Assembly (NCBI GenBank): GCA_951406725.2
Contig: OX597814.1
Span: 95,294,001-95,358,000 of the forward strand
Reading direction: 5' to 3'
Length of the DNA: 64,000 bases
Source of the DNA: Octopus vulgaris
Taxonomy: Eukaryota
Under the pieces are notes generated by a model. The model was not told where the DNA came from, ran no database searches, and saw nothing but the letters and a program-made list of their open reading frames with translations. Positions 25,739 to 39,155 of this stretch are shown here, one piece after another; positions within the stretch are counted from its first letter, which is position 1, and every line of letters starts with the position of its first letter. The translations under genes were made by a program, and so were the position numbers.

Positions 25739-26839
25739 ATCTTTACTTTTCTTCAACAAGAAGCAAAAAGCCATAGTACTTGGAATTCACATCAGTCTGG
25801 TGGGGCCTACAAAGGTCATGGATGCAGCTCCTCCTCTTCTGAATAACTCATAAAAACCAAGTGTAATGTAATTTGATATCTTATATCTCTCTTTTCCAGA
25901 ATTAAGCTCATAAATATACTTTATTCCCAGCAACCAACACTCTTTCTCCCTAATAGTTTCTTTAGTTATAATACATTAACAGTAGTATATAGGTTTAGGT
26001 CATAGATAAGATCACAATCAGGGTTATTCTTATTAACCACCAGCAGAACAAAAAAAAAAGCCATACACATCCACTGCCAAGCAAATTAACAAAGAAAAGG
26101 TTTTCAAGTACACTCTGCATTTTTGTCTTTATTTTTGCTTGGTGTTTTCTTTTTTCATATCATTTCAATCTTCCCAGTTTTGCTAAATCACTTTATTACC
26201 ACTGGAGTCAGAATAATGGCAGACTAATGGGAAGCCAGACAACTTTATTAAGAATGTTGTGTCTTGATAGCAATGGACTTAATTTATCCCTAAATGAACC
26301 TACAGCTTAGTATCAATTATTTACAGGATTTGCAGAGATTTTATTGTTCTTTCCTAGTACAACCCTTTAGCATTTGCATTATTGTTTTGAATTAATCATG
26401 CATATCTTGTAACATTGAGATTTTGATGAAGTAACTGTTCATTTTTTAGAATGAGGTTGTAGAATTGGTGTAAGAGACCAGATCTAACCAGTTTCAACAT
26501 AAAACAGGTAGAATATTTTGGATGGATATGGCCAGTTTAACCCTTTAGCATTCACATTATTCAGACAAAAGTAATGCTTATTTATTCACATTGTTTTGAA
26601 TTAATCATGCATTTTCTTATAGCTAGGTGATACTGATAAGGTGACAGTTTTTAGAATGATATTGTAGGGTTAGCAGGAAAGGCTACATCTGGCTAATTTG
26701 AACATAAAACTTGTACAATATTTTGACTGGATATGGCCAGTTTAAATGCTAAAGGGATAAACAATTAAATCAGAGAGGAGGTCTTTAAAACACAAGGTGT
26801 TAAATGCAAAATAAATTTGAATTATTGTAAAATAGTTGC

Positions 26840-27160
26840 CGAGACCCCCTTCGTAGGATTGCACCTAGAAAGTTCCCCTCCCAGGCACAAGTCTGGGCAA
26901 GATTGTTTATGGAAGACCAGCAGTCACCCATGCATACCGGCTTCCCCTCTCCACACTACCAGTGTTATCCAAAGGAAAGGCAAAGGCCAATACAGCTTGG
27001 CACCTGTGATGTTGCAACTCGTTTCTACAGCTGAGTGAGCTGGAGCAACGTGAAATAAAGTGTCTTGCTCAAGAACACAACACACAGCCCAGTCCAGGAT
27101 TCAAACTCACAACCTCACGATCGTAAGCCCGATGCTCTAACCACTGAGCCATGCACCTTC
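26840..27160 (-). mobile_element. tRNA-derived SINE family C
   Basis: Minus strand head GAAGGTGCATGGCTCAGTGGTTAGAGCATCGGGCTTACGATCGTGAGGTTGTGAGTTTGAATCC (A/B boxes), then TTCTTGAGCAAGACACT; partial copies at 2180-2345, 22495-22630, 48565-48657 and 63800-63990. Confidence 0.8.
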
Positions 27161-28189
27161 ACATGTAAAATAGTATTTATAACAATACAGTAAAATATTT
27201 ATTTGGTACTTGTTACAAAAGAAATGGTAAAAATAAAATTGCTTATGTCCACTCTTATTTTTTCTTTTAATTGTTTCAGTCATAGTTTTGCAGGGAACTA
27301 CCAGAAAAATATTAATAATGAAAGATGTGATAATAATTCACAAAATTAGTGTTTATATAAAAAAAGAGTTATTTGAATAAAAATAGAGCCTATTGCTTTA
27401 TTAGATGCTTTTCCTCAGCTAAAAGTCTTTCCTAGAATCAAAAGTACAAGAATATGAACAGAAGGAAATACAGGTGTACATGCATGCACACACACACACA
27501 CACACATACACACACACACAAATGGTATCTATTTCCAGATTCTAAAAACTTCTTAACAATTTATGAGAGGAAGAAGTATGGACAAGCAGAAGATAATCTA
27601 TTGATATACCAGTTAAGATATAAAAACTGAAGAATATAGTTTGGTACCATACACAAATGCAGCAATCAAATATCACTAAAGATGTATGTTTAATTAAATG
27701 CACTAAATTAAATAGAATATGTATATATATAACTGTGGTAAAGAAACTTTTGACAAATTCTGCAAAATTTAATAATTTTCTTCTTTTAAACTATCCTTAG
27801 ACAAGCTTCTTCTAATATAGCCCCAGGTCTGGGCCAACCAATGCCTTATGAGTTAATTTGGTAAATGAAAACTATGTGGAAGCCCTTCTTATATAAACTT
27901 CTGTGTGTGTGTGTGTGTGTGTGTGTGTCTATGTGTGTCTTTGTGTTTGTTCCCCATCACCACCTGACAACTGGTGTTTGTTTGTTTATGTTCCTGTTAC
28001 TTAGCAGTTCAGCAAAAGATATCAGTAAAATAAGTCTTAGACTTAAAAATAAGTACTGGGATTGATTCATTTGATTAAACCCTTCAGTGTGGTGCCCCAA
28101 TATGGTCGCAGTCCAATAACTGAAATAACTGAAGCAAGAAAAACATAAAGGATTAAGATTACATTAAACCAATTATTATTAACAAAGCT

Positions 28190-28660
28190 GGTTGTTGTTG
28201 TTGTTGTTAGTGGTGGTGGTGGGGTGGGGGTGCAGGTCGTGAAGGTGATGTTGGTGGTGGTGGACGTGGTAGAGACAACAGCAGTGATGGTGGCAACAGC
28301 GGTAGCAGTGGCAATGGTGATGGTAGTGGAAGCAGGTGGTAATGGTGGTTGTGGTGGAGCAGGTGATGGTAGTGTTGCAGGTGGTGGTGGTGTTGGCAGC
28401 GATGGTGGCAGTGGTGGAGCTGGTGGTGGTGATGGTGGTGCAGATGATGGTGGTGCAGATGGTGGTGGTGCAGATGGTGGTGAAGGTGGGAACGTTGCCG
28501 GTGGTAGAGCAAGTAGTGGTGATAGTGGTGGAGCAAGTGGTAGTGGTAGTGGAGCAGATGGTGGTGATGCAGGTGATGGTAGTACAAGTGGTGGTGCAGG
28601 TGGCAGCAGCAGTGGTGGAGCAGGTGGTGGTGGTGGTGATGGTGACAGTGGTAGCAATGA
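28190..28660. repeat. (GGT/GCA/GAT)-rich low-complexity tract
   Basis: Degenerate trinucleotide expansion giving long open frames on both strands; a complementary (CCA/CTA) tract lies at 29094-29330. Confidence 0.85.
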
Positions 28661-29237
28661 ACATACTTATGATCAAAGGTATTCTAACCATGACCATCAC
28701 ATAATTTTAGGGCTGTGTAGAAAACTACATTATCTCGTGTACTCTCCTTACCTTAATAAATACAGAACAGCATAGTTTGAGAAACATTCTGCTTCATTTC
28801 TAGCAAGTGCAGTGACCATGTACAGGCTCTGTTATTGGCTTATGCGTATTTAAGAAGTTGTTGTTTTGTTTTATTTATTTATTTATTTATTTATTTTATC
28901 CATCTGTATGGATTATTGATCTAAATTTTAAAAAGAAAAAAAACATTCCTGCCATCAAAGCCCAGCACATCTGTTTTGTGGTTGTTTTGACTAGAAGAAG
29001 TAAATCTTTATATAATTAAATTTCACCATCAATTTATTTCAGACTTTACATTAAAGAAAAACAGATCAAGTCATGTCTTTTTTTTTTTCAAATACCACCA
29101 CCTCCACCACATCCACCACCTCTTGCACCACCACTATCACCTCCACCACCACCTGCAACACCACTACCACCACCACCATCACCTCCTAAACCACCTCCAC
29201 CATCACCTAATCACCTCCACCACCACCATCTCCATAG

Positions 29238-29280
<43 letters not shown>

Positions 29281-30941
29281 CACCACCACCACCACATCCA
29301 TAGCCACCACCACCATCATCACCACAACTACTAGCCTTATTCAGCTGTGTCCCTTTCTGTATATATGCCCTCTTGTCAGTAGAACTAAAAATCACCAATG
29401 CTGCCCAGAGCCCCCATTCCAGTCTCATTAAAATTGACATGCTACATCAATCACTCCACCACTCACTCACTCACTTCACTCCACTCACTTTGTTCACTCA
29501 CTTCACTCCCTCACTCACTTTCCCTTCTCCAAATACTGAACTAAGAATCCTTAGCAGTACTAAGCACGCCCAATTTTTCCAATTGCAGCCTTATGCCAGT
29601 AAACACCGCCAACTAGTAAGGTTGCAGAGATATTCACTGATACAGGCAATGAAAATAATCTGACTCCTGTATTTAATTCTAGTTTGTATTTTTGTTTACA
29701 TTCATTCATTTATTTATTTATTTATTTATTATGGTCTTTTTTTTTTTGGGGGGGGGGGTCTACAAACTGATGTGAGTTGGGGTGGAGTAAGGTAGGGGTT
29801 AGATTTATTTTTATTTTTCTGGGGGTTTTTTTTTTTTTCCTTTCCTTAACACCACCAACAGCATTGATTTGTAACAAATTTCTATGCTGAGTCATATTAA
29901 ATAAAATAAAAGTTGCAAAAAAAACAATAAACAGATATATAAATAAATAGACAAAAAGAAATGAATAAATAAATAAAATAATTTTTCTTCTTTTTTTTTT
30001 TTTCACATTTCCACAATGAAAATTACTGACTAAGCGTGAAAAATATTTTACTTTTTAACAAAGTTAAGCAACATTAAACTCAGTTGGCCCTTATTTGAAT
30101 GCATCGCTAAAGAATTTTTCAAAATACCAATTAAACAGGAACTTAAAAGAAAAGAAAAAAAAATTAAGATTAAATTGATTTCTGCAAGCCCTTGAACCTG
30201 TGTCAGTATAAGAATGAGTAAGAACTTCTAGATATTTATTTTTTCTGTCAACCTCTTTTAACCGAACTTGCTTAGCTGTGGGGATATAAACAAACCAACA
30301 TTAGCTGTTAAGCAGCAGTAGGAAACAAAAAACAAACAAATGAACACACATATCTAAGTATACATGTGTGTGTGAAAGGGTAAAGGCCCGCTTTGGTCAT
30401 GAATGACCATGGGATTGCAGCTAGAAAGTTCCCCTCTGAAGCACAAGTCTAGGCAAAGTTGTTTATGGAAGACCAGTTGTCACCCATGCATACCAACCTC
30501 CCCTCTCCATGCCACCAATGTTATCCAGAAGAAAGGCAAAAGCCAATATAGCTCAGCACCAGTGACATAACTCATTTCACTTGCCCAACATCCACACAGT
30601 GGGGTTGAACCTGAGACCACAAGGTTAAGAAGCGAGTGTCTACACAGCCATGTCTACCAAAGAAAAAACTCAGACACTTGAATTCTATTATAGCCCTTGT
30701 TATGTTTATACGTTTATCAAACAGTATACTTTATGCTTTATATCTTAAATTATTCAAAAACAACTTTATAGTGCATTATTAATTAATAAATTAATTAATT
30801 ATGCATATTGTCAGCACATGCATTGTTATGCCAGCTGAATGCATCACTTCAGTTGAGTCAAAGATTGTACACATTATAAACAGCTGTAAGCTATTCCCTT
30901 CTTTATATACATCATCATTTACTATCCACTTTTCTATACTA

Positions 30942-31183
30942 CAGTTGTGGCCAAAAGTTTGGAACAATTTTTTTTTTAAATTAAAATTGTTATGCCCATA
31001 CAATTCAGTTCAGATATATATAATGTATATATTTGGGCTTTTAATATAAAAATTCTAATTTTCAAATCTATGATCCAAACTTTTGGCCAAGTAATAATAT
31101 ATTGCAAATGAAATATAACCTTGGGCATTTAATATAAAAATTTTAATTTTCAGACCTATGCCACAAACTTTTAGTCATGACTG
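30942..31183. mobile_element. Tc1-type MITE
   Basis: TA|CAGTTGTGGCCAAAAGTTTG ... CAAACTTTTAGTCATGACTG|TA; internal duplication of about 55 bp. Confidence 0.75.
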
Positions 31184-31397
31184 TAGCATAGGTCAGACAG
31201 AAATTTTTGAGAGAAATTTTCTACAGCTGGATGCCTTTCCAGTCACCAACACTCATATGTTTCCAAGTTAGGTAGTATTTCCCCACATCTAGACATGTTT
31301 TTATGGAAGATTGGAAACAGAGTACAACACTTGCATGATGTTATCATTCATTTACAATTACCACATGATGTCAAAGCAAGGAGACAATAAGTAGTAT

Positions 31398-31433
<36 letters not shown>

Positions 31434-31498
31434 TTATTTTTCTACACTTTTATTTGTTTCAGTGAATTTACTGTGGCCATGCTGGAACACCACCTTAA

Positions 31499-31720
31499 CT
31501 CTTTTGATACCAACCTGCCTGAAACTGCCTCTGGCTCTGTAGTACAAATGTCTTGTTTTCAAAAGTACTGAATTAAAATCTTCCACCAAACCTTTGTCAC
31601 AATTTATGTTCCTAACATTAGCTTCATGATAACTAAGTTATTTTATTAAATTCTTCGTTATATTTAACATCAATTGGAAGAAAGACTGAGCATCTCAACA
31701 GAAATATGGTAACAAAAGAG
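31499..31720. mobile_element. piggyBac-type MITE family 2 inserted into a SINE B copy
   Basis: TTAA duplicated at 31495-31498 and 31721-31724; the uninterrupted SINE site CC-TTAA-AGGGTTTTAGTC is visible at about 13292-13309. Confidence 0.85.
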
Positions 31721-32031
31721 TTAAAGGGTTTTAGTCAAAACAATCAACCCCAGGATATATTCTTTGTAAGCCTAGCACTTATTCTTTCGGTCTCTTTTAC
31801 TGAGCTGTTAAGTTATGGGGGGATGTAAACACCAACAACATTATTAATTACCTCTCCATTTTCTCCTTATTCTTTAAATATAGAAATATATGAACCACGG
31901 TTTATATGGTTACCTTATATTTGAACTTTCTATGGATTGGTAACTAACCAATATTTTCATTGGTTTTATTATTCCTTAATGAAGTTTATAACCTTTACTT
32001 GAATATATATATGTGTGTGTGTACGTATGTA

Positions 32032-32080
<49 letters not shown>

Positions 32081-33258
32081 TCATCATCATCCTCATCCTT
32101 GTATAGCGTCCGCTTTCCATGCTAGCATGGGTTGGACGGTTCAACTGGGGTCTGGGAAGCCAGAAGGCTGCACCAGGCCCAGTCTGATCTGGCAATGTTT
32201 CTACGGCTGGATGCCCTTCCTAATGCCAACCACTCCGTGAGTGTAGTGGGTGCTTTTTACATGCCACTGGCACAGATGCCAGACAAGGCTGGCAAACGTC
32301 TACGATCGGATGGTGCTTTTTACGTGCCACCGGCACAGAGGCCAGGCCAGGCTGGCAATGGCCACGATCAGATGGTGCTTATATATATATGTATGTATAT
32401 ATATATATGTATGTATGCATGTATGTATGTATGTATATATGATGGGCTTCTTTTAGTTTATGCCTACCAAATCCACTCATGAGGCTTTAGTTGGCCTGAG
32501 TCTATAGTAGAAGACATTTGCCCAAGGTGCCAAGCAGCATGATTGAACCCAGAACCATGTGGTTGAGAAGCATGCTTTTCACCACACAGCCACACCTGTG
32601 CGTTCGCACATGTATGTGTGTATGTATATGTATGGTACAAAAATATAAAAAAAAACATGAAGGTGAATTAAAGAAAACAGTGTATTAGTTTGAAGACTAA
32701 CATTTCAGGCATATGCTCTTCTAGAGGAAGGATAGATGAGGAGAAAAAAAACCAAAGAGAAAAGAACATATGTGTCTCAGGTAGATGGTTATGGCATACT
32801 GAAATGATCAGAAGAGGAAGATGTTGGCTTAAGGTGTGGGTGGCAAGGAGGACAACAGTGACCTAATATATGTATACATATATAATGAGCTTCATTCAGT
32901 TTCTACCTACCAAATCCACTCACAAGGCTTTGGTCAGCTCGGGGCTAAAGTTGAAGACACTTGCTAAAGTAGATGACCATACAGCGTGACTGAACTTGAG
33001 ACCACATGTTTGAGAAGCAAGCTTCTTAGCCACAGCCCATGCTTGCACCCTTGTATCAATAGTAATAAACCACAATTCTCTCTGTCAGCACAGAAGATGA
33101 GTATTCTTGCTCTGATGAAGCCTGTAAAAAGACTAGAAGCTTCTCAGATCGATCCCACTTTTTCTGCTGCTTACATCATCATCATTTAACATTCGTCTTC
33201 CATGCTGGCATGGGTTGGACACACACACACACACATGTGATGTGTATGTGTGTGTGTG

Positions 33259-33676
33259 TAAGAATAAGCTATTCATTATTTCTTGTAAACATCACTTGAG
33301 TGTCATGAACATCCCAGCTTTCCATTTTCACTTTCTATAAACATCTTGGAGATGTCTGAACTACTCATGCACTTGAGTGCAGCTCATACACTCCTCTCCA
33401 TACACTTTCTGCAACATTACATTCTGGGCAGGTATATCCATGACAACTTTCTCTGTCATGGTCAATGTGATGATCACACGCTACACACCTTCCTTCCAAG
33501 CACTGCTGTAAACAGCAGAAGTGAACTAGAACATTAAAACTTAGTGCGTATGCACAGCAGAGTTCAAAGTCAATCTGTGCCAAACAGCTTCACTCTGCAT
33601 GCTTTAGCTTTGTTACTATGGCAACAGTCCGGATACTTATTGATCAGACCTCATATATGTATGAGATGTGTGTGTG

Positions 33677-33732
<56 letters not shown>

Positions 33733-33856
33733 TGTTTGTGTATGTGTGTGTGTGTGTGTTTGTGTGTGTAAGAATAAGCTATATATTATTACTTGTAAAC
33801 ATCACTTGAGTGGCATGAACATCCCAGCTTTCCATTTTCACTTTCTATAAACATCT
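33259..33856. repeat. Local direct duplication, 88 bp
   Basis: 33259-33346 recurs at 33769-33856 with about four mismatches; each copy begins right after (TG)n. Confidence 0.85.
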
Positions 33857-35121
33857 GACTTTACGTTTCATGCTCCATTGTCAAAAAACCCTAAACTATT
33901 ATTAGTTAGCATTTCATGGTAGTAGTGACAGTGGTGTCATCTAACTCCACCAACATATTCAATACACTTCTTCTTCTTCTTTTTTTTTTTTTTTGTTTTT
34001 TCATCTTTATTCCACGTTTGGTTTTGTTTAGTTTGTAACAGCCGAAATGCTGTCTTACATTATTCCAGAGATCAAGAAGGAAATCTACTACCAGCTTCTC
34101 ACACACACTTAAATGTTTATGGTGTCCTACATGTGTTCTAATATGTTCTATGCTGTGTTTTAAATCCCATTTTCTGATAATAAGCTTTGTAAAGTAATGT
34201 TAACAGGCCAATTAAAATTAAAGTCAGCCTCCATCGTGACAGGAGTGAGTGGAATTTTGTTGACTTTATAACAAGCACTTATTATATATATACACTGATA
34301 CATCGAAATGTTTTCACTTCTCTTCTAATTTGCTTTTCTTTATAGTTGTTTGTTACTGAGGATTTGTTGTTGTTGTTGTTGTTTATATCACTTTACTTGA
34401 GAGAAAAAGAAGACTTTCCTTTTTGTTAAGTTGAACATGGAATCCTCTTCTGAAAGACATTACTTACTAAGTTCCCTTTTAATTTTTCTTTTTTTTCTTC
34501 TTTTCTTTGTGTTTGTTTGTTTTTTTTTGTTTTTTTTGTTTTTGTTTTTATTTATTTCTGGCATGTTACTATCATAACCTTTATCATTATCAACATTGTA
34601 TCATCATCATCACCCTTACTATCATCCCTCCTAATCATAACCACCACCATCACTGTCATCACTACCACCACCACCACCATCAACACCATTATCACCATTT
34701 GATGAAGAGCGGAGGCTTTTTAATGGATTTATTTTATTCTGTTGACATTCCACTTCAGCCGGTTTACAACTAAAGACTATAGTGTTAAGACTATGGAGGC
34801 AGTGAAAGCAACTGGAGAAGTGAAAAAGCAGACATAACAGAAAGCAATTCTTATTTATATAAAACATTAGAACTATTTACCTTAAAAATAAATCTTTACA
34901 GTGTATTTGTTTATTGAATTTTCTGCAGCTTAACTCCTTTAAGTAATCCTAATATTGGGGAATGGAATGACAGAAATATGACTAGAATTGCACTCACATA
35001 CTGATAAATGTATTTTATTACTAATAATCCTTTCTACTATAGGTACAAGGCCTGAAATTTAGCAGGAGGGGGCCTAGTCAATTACATTAACCCCAGTGTT
35101 TTGCTGGTACTTAATTTATCA

Positions 35122-35355
35122 TAAGGCGGCAAGCTGGCAGAATCGTTAGCACACTGGGCGAAATGTTTAGCGGTATTTCGTCTGCCGTTACGATCTGAGT
35201 TCAAATTCCGCCGAGGTCGACTTTGCCTTTTATCCTTTCGGAGTCGATTAAATAAGTACCAGTTACACACTGGGGTCGATATAATCGACTTAATCCATTT
35301 GTCAATCCTTGTTTGTCCCCTCTGTGTGTAGCCCCTTGTGGGCAGTAAAGAAATA
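35122..35355 (+). mobile_element. SINE family A nested antisense within another family A copy
   Basis: 16-bp TSD GGTACTTAATTTATCA at 35106-35121 and 35356-35371; host copy spans about 35026-35490 on the minus strand. Confidence 0.9.
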
Positions 35356-35730
35356 GGTACTTAATTTATCAAGCCCAAAAGAATAAAAGGCAAAGTCAAC
35401 CTCGGCAGAATCTGAACTCAGAACATAAAAACATGCAATACTACTAAGCATTTCGTCCGGCATGCTAACAATTCTGCCAGCTCACCATCTTACTAATAAT
35501 AATAGTAATAATCCTTTCTACTATAGGCACAAGGCCTGAAATTTTGGAGGTGGAAGATAATCGATAACACTGACCCCAGTGCTCAACTGGTATTTGGTTT
35601 ATTGACACCGAAAAGATGAAAGGCAAAGTTGACCTCAGCAGAATTTGGACTCAGTATGTAAAGAAGGATGAACTGTTGCTAAGCATTTTGTTTGGCATGC
35701 TAATGATTCTGCCAGCACACTACCTTAATG

Positions 35731-35777
<47 letters not shown>

Positions 35778-35919
35778 CACAACAACAAAAAGAAAAATAA
35801 TTTCTGATTTAGGTACATGGTGTGAAATTTAGCAGGGGAGGAAATAAGTCAGTCAATGTACAAAGAAGTAAATGGAGTGGTCCAGAGGATTAAGTGGAAT
35901 GATATATATGTGTATATAT

Positions 35920-36106
35920 ATATGAAAAATATGAAAAGTACATGTAGTATTACCCATTATAATAGGTATATCATATCTCCTTGAGAAAGTATATTTGTAA
36001 AATATAGTTATACAGTTACGAAATTTTACAAATACACTTTCTCAAGGAGATATGATATACCTATTATAATGGGTAATACTACATGTACTTTTCATATTTT
36101 TCATAT
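35920..36106. repeat. Fold-back with 84-bp arms at the 5' end of an HHR-bearing element
   Basis: 35920-36003 pairs with 36023-36106, one mismatch, 19-nt spacer. Confidence 0.9.
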
Positions 36107-36146
36107 TTTTTATAGTGTGATGTAACTCTTTGGAATAACAATGCAT

Positions 36147-36238
36147 GCGGCTGAAGAGAGCTTTAAACCATCTTTTATATCTATTATACACTGATGTAAT
36201 GAACAGGTCATTTATAAAGCTTGAAACACGTGTACCGC
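36147..36238 (+). ncRNA. Type I hammerhead ribozyme, long stem II loop
   Basis: GCGG-CTGAAGA-GAGCTTTA...TAAAGCTT-GAAA-CACGTG-TA-CCGC; canonical core, 8-bp stem II, palindromic stem III, predicted cut after 36234. Confidence 0.85.
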
Positions 36239-36294
36239 GATATCCTTTGTGTTCTGTTTTTGATTTTATTTGATATACATACACATATATATAT

Positions 36295-36857
36295 ATGTGA
36301 GAGAGAAGTAAAGCATTAGAGGAATTAAATGCAACGTGCAAGAGAGAAGGCTGTGCTGGTTTCGTCATTTGATATGGATGGATGTAGACAGCTCCATAAA
36401 GACATGCCGTTCACTCAAAGTGAATGGAACTCGTGGAAGAGGGAATCCCAGGAAGACATAGGATGAAGTATTGAAGGATGACCTCAGAACACTGAATCTT
36501 TGAGACAAGATAACAAAGGACCAAGATACTTGGTGCCTTGCTGTACTCAAGAAGACCCATCCTCTACAGCAGAGGGGTTAATGCTGCATTCCCTGGTGAA
36601 GAGGATTAGGCTGCAAGAGTCCTATGTTGGTGCCATATAAGAAGTATTTGTGCTGGTGCCATCTAGAAGCAATCATGTCAGTGGCATGTTAGAAGTACAT
36701 ACTGTAAAGTAGTTGGCATTAGGAAGGGCACCCAGCTGTAGAAACCAAGCCAAATCAGACTGGAACCTGGTGCTACTTCCCAGCCTCCCAGCTTGCCAGC
36801 TCTGGTCAAATTGTCCAACCCATGTCATGAAAAATGGACGTTAAAGAATGATGATGA
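36295..36857 (+). mobile_element. Degenerate RTE 3' fragment
   Basis: Peptides VQERRLCWFRHLIWMD and GTRGRGNPRKT*DEVLKDDLRTLNL align with the C-terminus of ORF 6123-7343; shared 3'UTR and (ATG)n tail. Confidence 0.85.
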
Positions 36858-38113
36858 CGTGCACACACGCACGTGTGTGTGTGTGTCCTAAAATGTTACT
36901 TCATTTATTCATTCTAAAAAGGATGAAACATGAAGTTGACCTGGACAGGACTTGAACTAAGAATGCAGAGAGCCAGATCACTTAATACAAGATATTCTCT
37001 CGTTTATTCTACTGACTCTACCAGTTCACTGCTTTTAGAGATTTAACACACAAAAAAAATGTGAATAGTGAGCACATGTTGATAATTTATTTGCTAATCC
37101 CCATTAAAGTATGTTAGCAACTAGTGTGTATGTGTGTGTGTTTTAGAGAGAGAATACAGGCAATCTATAAACTGAGGAAGATTCCAGTTGCACTGGGACT
37201 CTGTTGTTATTAATGGCTCTGACTGCATAAGAATCTCATGGAAAACTTTTATTGCTATTTGACCATCAGCATCACCATCACCACCACAAACATCGTCCTT
37301 TTATCTTCCAACTTCTCCCTGTCTTTCTTCTTCATCATCATCATCATCATTTTCATGGTTGTACACCAGTCATAATTGCATCAAGATTAATAGTAGTAAT
37401 CACAATTATAATGTTGTTGTTGTTGTTGTTGGTGGTGGTGGTGCTGGTGCTGGTGATGGTGCTGGTGATGGTGCTGGTAGAGGTTAGTTGTGGGGTGGGG
37501 GTATAGTGATGGCGAAGATGGTGGTACTATAAGAAGTAGCAAGAATATTTCATGATTGGGTAAGCACAGCTTAGATATATCGATTCTACCAGTATTTTTG
37601 AGTAATGATATGAAAACTAATTGAAACAACTTCTCTGAAGCATGTCTTTCCAATTATTTTGAATGTCTTATGTAGCAACGGTGCTAAGATGCACTGCTAA
37701 GAGTTCTCAATCATTGATTATATTTTATTACTATTATTATTATTATTATTTTTTGTTAAGGCAAATCATTTCTTTACAAACAATTCCAAAATTATCTTGA
37801 ATATCCTTCATTTTGGTGGTGTCATAATATTATTTCTCATGAAAATAGAAATGGGATGGAATTGTAACTTGCCGAGTTGAATGTGTGTCAATCTGCCAAT
37901 AGCATGGCTCACGTCTTGTTACTGACTGTGTTCTAACCATGGACACTAAACTAAATTCCTCTGTTTGCCTACACGAAGCCTACATGAGCTTCAAGTAGTT
38001 ACAGCTCAGTCCTATAAGAAGCAAGAAAAATCTAACATGTTTCTTTTACTTAAACCGGTCAAATTCAAGTATTTCTTTACACCTGTACAGAGTATTAGGG
38101 AATCATTCCGGTA

Positions 38114-38468
38114 CATTATTTACATTTGACGGATATTTGTCCTTATCTTGTTTGTTGTTAACACAACGTTTCAGCTGATAAACCCTCCAGCCTTCATCAG
38201 GTGTCTTGGCGGAAATTTTGAACCTGAGTTCTCATTCCTAAGGTATTTTTCGATGTTGTTGTTGTTGTTGTTGTTATTATTATCATTATTCAGGTCACTG
38301 CCTGGAATTGAACTCGGAATCTTGGAGTTAGTAGCCTGCGTTTTTAACTACTACGCTATATACCTACGGGCATATGGTGTAGTGGTTAAGAGCACGGGTC
38401 ACTAACCCCAAGATTCCGAGTTCAAATCCAGGCAGTGACCTGAATAATAATAATAATAATAATAATAT

Positions 38469-38516
<48 letters not shown>

Positions 38517-38664
38517 CATCGAAAAATACCTTAGGAATGAGAAGCCAGGTTGGAAATTTCCCCCAAGACACCTGATGAAGGCTGGAGGGTTTGTCAGCTG
38601 AAACCCGTCAAATGTAAATAATGTAAATAATGTACATAATTCCTCATCTCTTAAATATAGAACT
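38114..38664. mobile_element. Palindromic (head-to-head) SINE-like element with tRNA-type Pol III head and hammerhead tail
   Basis: Symmetry centre about 38365; A-box TGGTGTAGTGG 38375-38385, B-box GAGTTCAAATCC 38418-38429; (TAA)n linker; HHR in each arm; 14-bp TSD GAATC(A/C)TTCCGGTA at 38100-38113 and 38665-38678. Confidence 0.8.
38160..38205 (-). ncRNA. Minimal type I hammerhead ribozyme
   Basis: Minus strand: GACAC-CTGATGA-a GGCTG gagggtttat CAGCT-GAAA-CG-TT-GTGTT; palindrome AACGTT in place of stem III. The plus-arm copy (38567-38604) has lost the cleavage site and 3' stem I by deletion. Confidence 0.7.
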
Positions 38665-39084
38665 GAATCCTTCCGGTATTTACATTCAATTCAAAACTCT
38701 TTAATTTCCTTAGCTTCATCATTTGGTTTAATCTGGCTCTGATTATGAACAATATATGATAATTTGTTGGTTGATTAGTTGGTTGGTTGGTTGGTGTGTC
38801 TAGATCTATCTCATTTTAAATTCAGTATGCACAAGAGCACACCACCATATGGATATTTTATTTATTTCATTCAGATTTCACAATAATGACACAAGAATGA
38901 TAGTTCTGATGTTTAAGAGCTGGGGTTCAATCGCTGACCAAAGCCTTGTAAGTGGATTTGTTAGATAGAAACTGAAAGAAGCCTGCCGTGTGTGTGTGTG
39001 TGTGTGTATGTGTGTACATACATACACATGACAGTGTATGTGTGTGTGCCTTTAGTAGAAAGCAGCAGCAGTAGCAGTAGCAGC

Positions 39085-39155
<71 letters not shown>

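Noticed and set aside
27095-27160. tRNA-like sequence (also 38369-38440)
   Set aside because: A/B boxes are present but there is no acceptor stem and the sequence runs into SINE body; these are SINE heads, not tRNA genes.
28067-28775. Gly-, Pro- or His-rich ORFs of 120-196 aa
   Set aside because: Open on both strands because of degenerate trinucleotide repeats; no splice or homology support.
30840-30895. AAACAGCTGTAAGC resembling an HHR 3' half
   Set aside because: 5' core and stems are not recoverable.
33105-33155. CTGATGA at 33112-33118 as a hammerhead
   Set aside because: No intact GAAA and no convincing stem I; at most a heavily decayed remnant.
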